A stretch of 64,000 nt of DNA from the human T2T-CHM13v2.0 reference genome, Homo sapiens, in assembly GCF_009914755.1 (NCBI RefSeq), contig NC_060927.1; one strand, given 5' to 3'. Positions within the stretch are counted from its first letter, which is position 1, and every line of letters starts with the position of its first letter. The translations under genes and the position numbers were made by a program. The notes beneath the pieces are model-generated. The model was not told the DNA's origin. It made no database searches and worked only from the letters and a program-made list of their open reading frames with translations. Of this stretch, positions 18,040 through 30,844 are shown piece after piece.

Positions 18040-18720
18040 TGACACTCTTATTGTAAAATAATTTTGATAGCTTTATTCAAAAACCTGGAACACCCTAGGT
18101 ATAGAAATTACAGGCAAATGCATAACAAACTGTGATATGTTCATATAATGGAATATTACACAGTAGTTGAAAAAAATTACTGTCACATTCAACATCATTG
18201 GATGAACCTGAAAAATATGAGGTTAATTAGAAGATGCTTTACGTAAGAATATGCTGTGTGTGATTCCACTTACACAAAAATTCAAGAAAAGAAAACTCAT
18301 ACTGCGGTGCAAAATAATCAGAACGATGGTCATCTCCAAAGGAGCATGAAAAGATTTGACTGAGCATGGGTGGGAATACTTTCTTGGATCCTGGTCATGT
18401 TCAATATCTTGCTAAGGTTTGTGATACAGAGATGTACACTTTTGTCAAAATGTAGACAATATGCATTTGAAGTTTGTGCATTTTATTCTATGTAAATTTA
18501 AATTTTTATTTCCTTTACTTTTTATTCCGCAAGAAAACATCTGCAAGTATATTACATGTAAATTTTATATCTGAAGATGAAAACATTTAAAATCAAATAA
18601 TTAAGTGTGTATTATTTATAGTGAAGGTCTTTGACTTCAAACATTTATTTTGAAATGCATAAAAAATAAGAAGGGATAGAATTTTTTAACTGTGTGGGAT
18701 GTTTGATAATTTTCATAATA
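18040..18720 (+). mobile_element. Old L1M (L1MC4/ME-like) 3' region
   Basis: AAACTGTGATATGTTCATATAATGGAATATTAC and GTGATTCCACTTA motifs. Confidence 0.7.
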
Positions 18721-18760
18721 CAGTGATTGAATAGAGATATATGGTGGATTGACAGAAGAC

Positions 18761-18800
<40 letters not shown>
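18761..18800. repeat. (AGAT)10 tetranucleotide microsatellite
   Basis: Directly visible; flanked by ACAG variants. Confidence 0.97.
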
Positions 18801-18802
<2 letters not shown>

Positions 18803-18862
18803 ACAGACAGACAGATGAATAAAAATATCTGGCATTCTGGCTAGGCAAGTGCCATGTCCTGA

Positions 18863-19285
<423 letters not shown>

Positions 19286-20071
19286 TAGTTCATTTTATTT
19301 CTAAAAATATTTTTCATCCACTGCTTGTAATAGGTTTTTGTCTGCCTTTAGAGGTAACTCCCATTCACCTCCTAACCCAGGAGACAAAAGGATGGTTAGC
19401 TTGGTCACATCCATTTTCAAGCTGAGGGAACCATTTGTCTTTAGACCCAGATCTTGTGACAAGCCAAATCAGTCCTCCAGAGCTGCTGGTTTTCTCACTT
19501 GCCTTTCAACTCACTGAGTCAGGAAGCCTCTGGAGGATGAAGAAGGAAGACTTCGATATCTTTTCCCTGAGTTATGAGAACATCTTCACAAAAGTACCAA
19601 TCAATGATTCTTGGTCTTTGCATCTTTTCCCTTTCACCATTTATTATATGCAGTTCAAGGTCTGGAATGGAAATTCAGCAATCTCTGGCTCCCTAATGAC
19701 CCCTTTCTGGCTTTTGTTAGTTCATAGAAATAAGTTCTGTCATTCAGCAAATCACATCTTGCAGGCTGAAGCAGGCAGGACTCAGGATAAATAGATCTAT
19801 TTGTTTCTTCGGGATGTTCTTTTGGTAGCACAGACTCTGTAATATATGCTTCAGTACATTTCTAGCACCTGAAACCCAGAACTGCCTTTTGCTGATTCGC
19901 AGTAATATTTTAGAGTCTTCATGACATATTTGTTCCCCATTGAAAGCCTTAACTTTAAATGTAAACTACTTAACTGAGTAATATAGTTTTCCGCAAGTAA
20001 GTATACTTCTACAAAAAAAAAAAAAAAAAAACAACTGGGAAGACAAGAAAGGAAGAAGAAAGAAATGTTAA

Positions 20072-20492
<421 letters not shown>

Positions 20493-20779
20493 TGAAACAC
20501 AGTTTTCTAATGTAATGAAAAGGGCAAAATAATTAAGCCTGCATATTTCTGTTGGACTATGTATGTAGGTATGCAAACTAGAATCCTACACTGCCAAGTT
20601 CTCCACTGGGTAGAAACGTGGAAATAAGGACCAATGGAAAATCCAGTCTGCTGTTCTGCTTGTGGCACCAAAAGAGTTTTAGGGCTGCAAACTTTTATTT
20701 TTTTTCAATTATTTTTTAATTGAGTAAAACCTGTGGACATTTGTCACTTCACTAGAGACCAACTGGCCAATCCTGTACT

Positions 20780-21688
20780 AGACTTCATGGAACAGGAGCT
20801 AAGCAGAGAGGGCCCTGGGGTGAGACCTAATGAATCCACTAGGTCCACGGGCAGACCCTCAAGCCAACATGGATTTTTCTCAAGCCTTAAGCTTTAATAG
20901 AGTTTTTCCTGTAAAACTTTAATCTTGGGAATCATCACCACTTTTTTTCTTCTCCCTTTGGAATTGACATACTCATCCTATCCCTGTCCCACCATTGTAT
21001 TTTGCAAACACATGACTTATCTGGTTTCACAGCTAGGAGGAAATTTTACCTTGCCTCTCACTCATATCTGAATTAAATAATATTTTGATGGCACTTTGGA
21101 CTTCAGACTTGAGAGTTGAGGCTGGAACTAGGTGAGACTTTTGGGGCTGTTGCAATGGAATGAATGTGTTTTGCATGTGGGAAGAACATAAATTTTGGGA
21201 GGCCAGGGGCAGAATACTATGGACTGAATATTTGTGTTTTCTCAAAATGTATGTGTTGAGATGGGATGGTATTTGAAGATATATTTGGATATATGTTGAG
21301 ATGGGATGGTATTTGGAGATATGGGATGGTATTTGGAGATAAAGTATTTGGGAGGTAACTGTGTTTGGATAACATCCTGGGAGTGGAGCCCCCATGTTGG
21401 GATTGGTATTCTCATAAGTGGCTGGAGGATACAGAGCACTAGTGCTCTCTCCCTCTCCCTCTCTCTCTCTCTCTCTCAATCCCTCTCTTTCTCTCTTTCT
21501 CTCCCCCCACCCATGGGAAGATACAATGAGAAGATGGCAAACCAAAATGAGGGCCCTCACCAGTCAAGGAATTTCCTGGAATGCTTCTAGAAGTTCTCAG
21601 TCTCCAGAACTGTGCGAAATAAATGTTTGTTCTTTAAGCCACCCAGTCTATGGTATTTTTATTATAGCAGCCCAAGATAACTAAGACA
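20780..21688 (+). mobile_element. MLT1A-type MaLR: internal 3' part plus 3' LTR (21215-21688)
   Basis: Internal CCTGTCCCACCATTGTATTTTG, PPT-like GGGAGGCCAGGGGCAGAA, LTR TACTATGGACTGAAT...CTAAGACA. Confidence 0.85.
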
Positions 21689-21769
21689 GACATCTGCAAT
21701 AGACTACAAGAAAGCCTTTGATAGTTTACTTAGCAGAAGAAACGTCTGGACAACTTACTAAAAGTGAAA

Positions 21770-21902
21770 AATGTGAGGTCCCAAAGCCCCATAGATTTTG
21801 CTTTAGTACGACTGGAGATAGTCCCTGAATCTGAATTTTTGATAAGTACCACAATTGATTTTGATGCAGGTGATTTCAAGGGCTCTACTTTAAAGAATAC
21901 TG
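21770..21902. mobile_element. MER5-type hAT-Charlie relic
   Basis: GAATCTGAATTTTT...GATTTTGATGCAGGTG...ACTTTAAAGAATACTG. Confidence 0.55.
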
Positions 21903-21964
21903 CTTGGAGCCCAATTCTTACGTTACTACTCAGTAACTACTAATATACAAATAAGGAAGGAGTT

Positions 21965-22150
21965 CGAGGCAGAGAGAGCTAAGTTCGCATTCTAACTTTT
22001 TCACTTATTTGCTGGGAGACAGAAGGCAAATGATTAACCCTTATGAGCTTCAGCTTTTATACCTTTATAAAAGAAATAATGTTGATATCTGCCTCACAAG
22101 CGTTCTGAGAGTATTGAATGGGATTAAACATGTAAAATGTGATACCAGGA
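21965..22150 (+). mobile_element. MIR
   Basis: GGCAAATGATTAACCCTTATGAGCTTCAG...TATAAAAG core. Confidence 0.65.
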
Positions 22151-22309
22151 AGTATATACTCTTACCATTATTTTTGGACGCAGGCCATTGTTTTAATCAG
22201 AAACATGGACTTTCAATTTGTAAAGATCTACCTCTCCAGAATCTAGCCTGATAAAATTTCTGGGAGTGTTGGGTTATGAACCAGAGTGGAAAAAAAAGAG
22301 AAAACTATT

Positions 22310-22500
22310 GGTTATTTGGCACATCATGACATCCTAGACATTATGCTGGACTCTCTGGAATTCTTACTTCATTTCATCATCAGAACAATATTATCCCAAG
22401 TAAGGAATAAAAGACACAAAGAAGCTAAGATATTTGCTCAAGTTCTCATGTCTAGTAAGCAGCAGGATCTGTTTCATTCCACATTGATTTGATTCTCAAG
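22310..22500 (-). mobile_element. MIR
   Basis: ATTATCCCAA...AAGGAATAAAAGACACAAAGAAGCTAAG...TTGCTCAAG. Confidence 0.55.
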
Positions 22501-23571
22501 TTACATGAAATAATGGGAAGCATTAATTTTTCCAGGCAAGTTAGTGATTTTGGAGATATTATCCTGAGATAGGGAGCCCCATAAACTTGAGGCAGCAATA
22601 CAGTGTAATAGAATAGAGGAGCCCCAAAATAGAGTGAGAAAATGCTGAAAGAATTATAATGAAGCTCTGTAGAATATTATAACGTTGTGTTTATAGCAAT
22701 GATTTGTCCCATTATTTCTTTCCTGGGCAATGCCATTTCATCTAGCCACAGTCAGGGAGAGCTTGTATACCAGTATACTCCATTCTCCAACATGGAACAA
22801 TGACAGTGCTTCAAAGGGGCACTTGTCATCTCCTGCAAAGCTGTTAGAAATCATAAGACTATATTTGTCAGAACTTACGTGGACTGGGGTGCTGTATTTG
22901 CTGCATTAAATATGTTTTATTTAAGGCTATTTCCAATCCATGTTCCTATGATTTATTTGGGAGTAAAGGGTTGAACAGGTGTAAGGGGACAGGTAATTAC
23001 GATTCATTTCAGAAATAAAATGCAAAATCATCATGAGTTTGAGCTCTTTTGTGGGGTTAATACATTTTGTATTCTAGTATTATTTCCAGCAGTAAGCCCA
23101 GGTCTTCTATGGTAATTCTTTCTTGGTTGAACTAGATTACATTAGGTAAAATACGTGATTGATTTTAGTTATGTGACTCAAGTCATTAAATGGGTTCGTA
23201 TGTGAAATGAGATCATCCTACTGTCAGAAGGAAACTGATTTGCCAAATTCTCTTTCCATTTTAACTTTCATGTTCAAACTTTCAATACTGAGCACACAAA
23301 CCAAAATATTTGGGTTCTTGGCTGCAAGGTGTTTACTTAACCTGTGCTTGGGACTTCCATACTCATAATTAGAAAAATCTATAGGACAGTCACAGCTTCT
23401 TTTTCTGAAATGTCCATTTGGCTTGATGATTTGGAAGAAATTTACCTTTAGAATTCAATAGGTAGAAACATATTATGAAGGCAAATATAGCATCGACCTG
23501 TATTATGATAGTACTGTGGGCTAACTTAGGGCTGTATACCCGGATGCTTAGGTCTAAGTGTGTTTATTTTC

Positions 23572-23805
23572 ATAGCTAAGGCTTACTGAGGACCTACCCT
23601 GTGCCAGGCATTGTGACAAATGCTCTGCCTGCTCCACCTCATTTGGCCTTCACAACACTATGAGGTGGCTATTATTATCCCTATTTTATGGATGAGACTG
23701 AGACTTTCAGATTAAAAGAACATTCCCACATTTGTGTGGCAGATATCAAATCTTGACCATATGTTCAGATCTGAGATTGGTAAAGTCTGTGCCATTAACT
23801 ACTCA
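23572..23805 (-). mobile_element. MIR
   Basis: TGTGCCAGGCATTGTG...TATTATTATCCCTATTTTATGGATGAG. Confidence 0.75.
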
Positions 23806-25460
23806 GTTGTAGTGAATATTGTTCTTATCAGTTACTCTCTAGCTGTTAATAGGTTTTGGTGGACATACTTAACACTTAGTGACTTAAGTAAGAATGAAGG
23901 AATAGCTAGCTACACATGATGTTTCATTTCTGGAAAGTCTGTGTGAAGCTGATTTTTTAATTTCCAGAGACTCAACTGCTACACATACTTGTTTAGTCAT
24001 TAGCAGATCTTTTTTGGTGAGAATTAAAGAGCCACCACGCGCATTTGTTTCTGTCTTAATCAACCACCTATTCTTTAAAAGAAAAACAAATAGCGGTTGT
24101 CCCACAGGGTAGTTTTCTTTTTCAGAAATTGGAATTTACAGTGGTTTCTGGTCTATAATCAGTGCATTTTTTACGCAAAGAGAATATTCTGAAATTTCCC
24201 ATAGTGGGGGATTTCAGAGTTAAAATGAGTTTGCTTTTCACAGCTAAGGGCTGGGATTTCTGCATGTTTCACAAGGTAATTCTTTGATTTTTGGTTTCAA
24301 ATTTCATCCCAAATCCTTGAAAGTCAAAGATAAGTAGTTACCTCCTCTGTTTCAGAACTGACCATGCACTATAATTTTCCAAATTATACATACGAGATCA
24401 AAGTGTGAAAACTTTCAGTTGTCTCTCAAAAGTGATTTTAGTTTCAATTATCTCCGGGCAACAAAAACACCTCACTGGGTCTGCCCAGTGCTTGAACATT
24501 CATCAGCAGGCTTCAGGTATATTATTTGATTCTGTACTTACAACAGCCCTAGGAGGTCTGTTATGATTATGTACATTTTTATAGGTTCAGGTAAGCTAAC
24601 AGACAGTAGGGAAGTGGTGGAGGTATTCCCAAGCCCAATTCTTCTGTTTCCAAGTCTGATCCTCCTCCTAAATCATTCCTGGCATCCATTGCTCCTTTTC
24701 ACCTAATGAAACAGACAGGATGCATTGTGTGATGGGTACGTTACTTCTAAGCCCAAAGTTCATAAGCTGGTACATAGGAGGAAGAGTTATCAGTAATTTT
24801 TTTCCCTAGCCTCTCAACTCTCCTACCCGCTTTTTGACATTCATCCCTGTGTCTGGAATCTCACAGTGGCCTTAGTTGTACAAAAGTCCTTGGACTGTGG
24901 TCTGCTGGTCACACCTGCCCTCTGTCATGCTCTAGTTTCCATTATTGACAGCTTTACTTACTGGTATCCATCTTACTGAGGAAGTTGTCGCTACTATAAA
25001 ATCAGGTAAAGAATTCCCCATCAATGTCTTTGCAACTAATAATATAATCACTATTACTTTCCAGAATTTATTTTTATTTTGATTAGAAGATATCTAGAGA
25101 CTAAAATGACATGAAACAACGGCATAAATCATTATGGCTACCTCCCTCCCTCATTCTCTTCTTCCCTCTCCCTCTCTCTATTCTGTCTTCCCTCTTATCC
25201 ATAAATGAACACATTTTTGCTAAGAATGGCTTAACATCTTAAAGTGCTAGGCAGTGTGCCGAGGACTGTGGATAAAAGGGTGAAATGGCACAGGCCCTGC
25301 CTAGGAATCTTCTTGGGCAGGCCAACATGGTGACAAACATAACACAAATAAATGTTCTGTTGGAAGAGACCTTTCTTAACTTTCATTGAGAGGAAATAAT
25401 GCGAGGATTGAAAATATGAAATAATTCAGGTTATAAAATGTGTGAAATTAAGTGAGATAT

Positions 25461-25847
25461 TGTATTAGTCTGTTTTCACACTGCTAAAAAGAAATACCCA
25501 AGACTCAGTAATTTATAAAGAAAAGAAGTTTAATTGACTCAGTTGCACATGGCTGGGGAGGCCTCAGGAAACATTCAATCGTGGCGGAAGGGGAAGCAGG
25601 CACATCTTACATGGCAGCAGGAGAGAGAGAGGGAGACTGAGTGTGAAGGAGGAACTGTCAAACACATAAAACCATTAGATCTCGTGAGAACTCACTCACC
25701 ATCATGAGAATAGCACAGGGGAGACTGCTCCCATGATCCAATTACCTCTCTCCCTGGACATGTGAGGATTACAGTTTCTACTTTTGACACATAGGGATTG
25801 AAATTCGAGATGAAATCCGGGTGGGGACAGAGAGCCAAACCATATCA
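25461..25847 (-). mobile_element. THE1D/MSTA-like solo LTR
   Basis: TGTATTAGTCTGTTTTCACACTGCT...CCAAACCATATCA; 5-bp TSD GATAT/GATAC. Confidence 0.92.
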
Positions 25848-26211
25848 GATACAAATAAATATATAAATAGCCTCAATTAATAAAGCACCAATAAGGCACA
25901 GGAGGTTTATAAGAGATACCTTTAATGCAGGAAGACTTTATTTCACTGAAATAATACTAGGTGCATGGTAGCAAATTACCTTCATTGGGATTAAATTTGT
26001 GGCTTTTTTTTTTAATCTCTCTTTTCTAAGTAAGAGTAGTAACAGAAAAATTACCTTGGAATCACTTGAAAGAAGCTTTTCTTAGACTATGTCACCTACA
26101 AATTACTCAAAGGGAGTCTTTTTTGAGAAAGTGGATTTATTGTCCAAGGAAATGAATATGACTAGCCCTATTAATTTTTAACTGTGGAGAAAAAACATCT
26201 GATTGACTTTT

Positions 26212-26555
<344 letters not shown>

Positions 26556-26970
26556 TGACTTTTATAGCCAAATCTCTGCAGAGAGCAGAGTTGGGAATTC
26601 TAGGTCCATGAGGTGCAGAGTACAAACACTAGTTCTGTCCTTTTTGCTGCTGTGCTTTAAGGATGCGAATGTGAATTGGAAGGATAAAATGACTTGGGAT
26701 GTAACTCCACGAACCCTATGGCAGGGTATTTAGGTTTGAGTTTGGCATTGAGTAGAGAGATTGTCTCCTCTAGAAACATCAAGGATTATCTATGTGAGTT
26801 TCAGGTCTCTGAACTGTTATCTCAGTAGTGTACCCTCCTCTTTGGGGCTGGATAGAGCCCATAGATGACACAGAGCCTGGGTAGCAACAAAAAGCAAGAC
26901 GATAGAGGACTGATGAAATACCAAGATGCCAATTTTTTTTTTTTTCCTGTTGCAGTATAGAAGCCCAACT

Positions 26971-27281
26971 GGCCAGGCGCGGTGGCTCACGCCTGTAATC
27001 CCAACACTTTGGGAGGCCAAGGCACGTGGATCACGAGGTTAGGAGTTCAAGACAAGCCTGGCCAAGATGGTGAAGCTCTGCCTCTACTAAAAATACAAAA
27101 ATTAGCCGGGTGTAGTGGTGGGTGCCTGTAATCTCAGCTACTCGGGAGGCTGAGGTAGGGAATTGCTTGAATCCGGGAGGCGGAGGTTGCAGTGAGCCGA
27201 GATCGCGCCACTGCACTCCAGCCTGAGAAGCAGAGCAAGACTCTCTCTCCCCACCCTCCAAAAAAAAAAAGAAAGAAAAAA
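26971..27281 (+). mobile_element. AluSg-type Alu
   Basis: TSD AGAAGCCCAACT (26959-26970) / AGAAGTCCAACT (27282-27293). Confidence 0.95.
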
Positions 27282-28329
27282 AGAAGTCCAACTGCCCCCA
27301 CCCCTAATACGAAGCCTATTGGAGCTTATGAAATTTGAGAAGGTGAAACCATAAGAGGGATATCATGAACTCCCTAATGATATGGAGACTTGTGATTCCT
27401 AAGATTAATAAAATAATGTTACTGGATTTTTCTTAAAGTAACTTATGTAATCGCTCAGTCACATTAGATGGATTTGGAACCAAGTCTATAATTTATATCT
27501 CCACATCAATTACGCCCATCCTGGTAACCAATGACTGCTACCGTGCAAGGCAATGACTAGCCTCGGGAGGATGTGGAGTAGCTGATAACATTTTCTAACT
27601 TGATATTTATAAGGGACAAATTACATTTCTTTTTACACAAATTTGTCCTCTGAAAGCCTGCCATGTATCATACAGTTAAGGTTTGAAAAGGGCCTAAGGA
27701 GTTGAGAACACCTAATCAACCAATTATGTTCTATAGCAATTACTTTTAAATGTAAATTCCTATATAAGTGGCTGTGACTAGAGATATTCATCTCTGTCAT
27801 TAGCCCTCATAATATGCAGTAATGAGAAGAAATATGCTGTGCATATCTCATTTTCTGACAGGCATTATTTGATTGCCTCATTTCTTTCTTTCATCGATTT
27901 AGGGCATTCTATTTCAAGATGGATGAAAATGTGCAGTGCCAAAGGGTTTAAAGTGAGAGTTGGACTTGTAACATGCAAGAAGGAATTTAGGGTGTCATCA
28001 TTCATAATAAACACAAAATGCCCTCCATGGCTAAATTTGTTGGATTCACAGAGATCAGACTTTATACAAAAACAAATATGAAACAGACAAAAAAAAAAAA
28101 AAAGCTTCCTTACCCTCTTGTAACAAAATTAAATGTGGGATTAGTTATCTTCCAATCCACGTATGTCATAAGAATTTGTCCTGATGCACTTAGTGTGTAG
28201 CATTGCGTAGTACAGAACTGTTAAAACAGTAATCTATGAACAGCTTATCTGTACAAGAGGCATTCTTAAATAGGTGGGTATGACCCACTTAAACCAGTTA
28301 TGATTTTCAGAGGCATCACAACAATTACT

Positions 28330-28676
28330 TGCTATGGTTTGAGTGTTTGTGTCCCTCAGAATTTATGTATTGAAATTCTAATCCCCAAGGTGATGGTATT
28401 AAGAAGTAGGGCCTTTTGGGAGGGCTCTTTTCTCATGAATGGGGTTGGTGCACTTGTAAAAGAGGCCAGGGGAGCTTGTTTGCTCCTTCTGCCATGTAAA
28501 AACACAGCAAGAAGCTCACGGTCTGCAACTTGAAAGAGGACCCTTACAAGAACCCAACCATGCTAGTATCTGATCTTAGACTTCCAGACTTCCAGAACTG
28601 TGAGGAAAAAATATGCTGTTGTTTATAAGCCACCCAGACTATGATACTTTGTTATAGCAACCTGAACAGACTGATA
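28330..28676 (+). mobile_element. MLT1A0-like solo LTR
   Basis: TGCTATGGTTTGAGTGTTTGTGTCCC...TTTATAAGCCACCCAG...GTTATAGCA. Confidence 0.88.
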
Positions 28677-29234
28677 TGGTTAATGTACGGATTTTTGCCA
28701 ATTTTTACCTTGCCCTCCACCATTATGGAGTCTTGTTACTTTGCTATTTCATTTTCTTCCCCTCACCCCTTCTTTAAAGATGGATCTTTCTGGACAGATT
28801 TGTTCTTTTGGGCTAATGAAAAATTGATGGTTATGGGTGGAGAACAGGACCAGATGGGTAACAGAGAAAGGGGGTGATTTAGCAAAATAATTTGCCAATC
28901 TGTTTATTAAGACTGGGGAGAAAGACATAGAAAGAGTTAAAACCATGAGAGCAGGAGATTAAAAAGGAATTTTTCAAGAATTTGGAATAGGAGAAGTGAA
29001 AAAGCACCTACAATGTGCAAGAAAAATGTAAAGGAAAGAAATGGAGAATTTGCTGTAGTATATAAATGTTCTTTTGTAGTATTATAAATATAAACAAAGT
29101 ATTCATTCTTTAAATTTCTCTTCTGGCTGCTGAATTGTCTCTTTGAATGCAACATGACTAGAATTGGACCAGGTGTATGATATTTTTTAAGGGTTACATA
29201 TAATCATCTTTCTAGGAGTTGTTTAATTGAGGGC

Positions 29235-29420
29235 AGGCATCTACAAACTACAGGCCATGAAGCAAATCTTATTGCTACCTGTCTAGGTGAATAATGTTTT
29301 ATTGAAACACAGCATGTTTATCCACTTACTCTTGTCTATCGCTCCTTTCACACTGCTCAAACAGAGGTGAGTAGTTGCAACAGAAACCGCATGGCCTGCA
29401 AAACTGAAAATATTTAAAGC
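29235..29420 (+). mobile_element. MER58A-like hAT-Charlie relic
   Basis: GTTTTATTGAAACACAGC...GAGTAGTTGCAACAGAAACCGCATGGCCTGCAAAA. Confidence 0.8.
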
Positions 29421-29429
29421 CCTTTTTTT

Positions 29430-30650
29430 CTTTAAATTTTTTCAAGTAGACATCATTTTAGATTCACATGTAGTTGTAAGAAATGATACAAAGATATCTC
29501 ATGTAGTCTATATCTAATTTTCCCTGGTAACATTTTTTAACACTATACTGTAATAGCACAACCAGAATGTTGACATTGATACAGTTAAGACAAACAACAG
29601 TTCCATTACCCAGCTCTTACACCTTCATCCCTGGCACCCACTAATCTCTTCTCCATTTCTATAATTTTGTCATTTTTAGAATATTTTACAAATGGAATCA
29701 TACAGTATGTTACTGATGTGGTTTGGCTGTGTCCCTACCCAAATCTCATTTTGAAATGTAGCTGCCATAATTCCCACATGTCACGGGAGGGACCCAGTGG
29801 GAGGTAACTGCATCTTGGGGATGGGTTTTCCCATACTGTTCTCGTGATAGTGAAAAGTCTCACAAGATTTGATGGTTTTATGAAGGGGAATTTCCCTCTA
29901 CATGCTCCTTTGTCTGCCTCCACGTAAGACATGCCTTTCTCCTCCTTCACCTTCTGCCATGATTATGAGGCCTCCCCAGCCATGTGAAACTGTGAGTCCA
30001 TCAAACCTCTTTTTTTATATAAATTACCCAGTCTTGATTATGTCTTTATTAGCGTGAGAAAGAACTAATACAGTCACCTTTTAGAATTGGCTTTCTTCTC
30101 TTAGCATAATTCTCTAGAGATTCATCCAATGTGTTGTGTGTATCAACATTTCAATCCTTTTTCCTGAAAATATACTATTCCATTGTATGTAAATATAGCA
30201 GTTTAACTGTGTACCCACTGAAGCAAATTGGGTTGTTTCCAATATTTTGCTATTATAAATAAAGCCTCTTTGAAAACTTGTGTATAAGTTTTTGTGTAAA
30301 CATAAGTTTTCATTTATCTGGTATAAAAGCCTAGGAATACAATTGCTGGGTAAAGTGGTAGTGGTATGTTTAGTTTTTAAAGAAACTGCCAAATCATTGA
30401 GTTGAGTTGCATTCACAGGAACATATGAGTGATCCAGTTTCTCTGTATTCTTGACAGCCTTTGGTGTTGTCACTGTTTTTTATTTTAGCCCTTCTGATAC
30501 ATGCATTATCTGTCATTGTTATCTCATTGTGGTTTTAGTTTGCATTTATATAATGGTTAAATATGTTTAATTTATTTTCATGTACTCTTTTCGAATCAGT
30601 GTGTTTGCTTTGAGGAAATGGCTGGTCATGTCTTACGCATATTTTTATTT
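29430..30650 (-). mobile_element. L1MB7/8-like 3' region, split by a THE1 LTR
   Basis: TAGATTCACATGTAGTTGTAAGAAAT; AAATGGAATCATACAGTATG resumes after the LTR. Confidence 0.8.
29714..30072 (+). mobile_element. THE1B/C solo LTR
   Basis: TGATGTGGTTTGGCTGTGTCCC...ACTAATACA; TSD GTTAC/GTCAC. Confidence 0.95.
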
Positions 30651-30844
30651 CAATAATTTTACCATCTTCACTTTTTTTGGCATCTTGTTGCTGTCTTTTT
30701 CTGGCACTCCAATATGTTGCTTCTATCTTACTGTAGAGAGGGTAGAAAAAAGCTTGAAATAATTACAACTGGGTAAAATATAATTTGTCCCATTAAAGTC
30801 TCCCTGTGAATAAAGTTGATGAGATTAGAAGAGCTTATTGTCAT

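Noticed and set aside
21251-21340. CRISPR-like repeat/spacer pattern
   Set aside because: Only three copies, two directly adjacent, inside a mammalian LTR; no cas context
21033-21560. 175-aa ORF with repeats (YLQIPSH)
   Set aside because: Antisense read-through of an MLT1A LTR, its 20-mer triplication and a CT microsatellite
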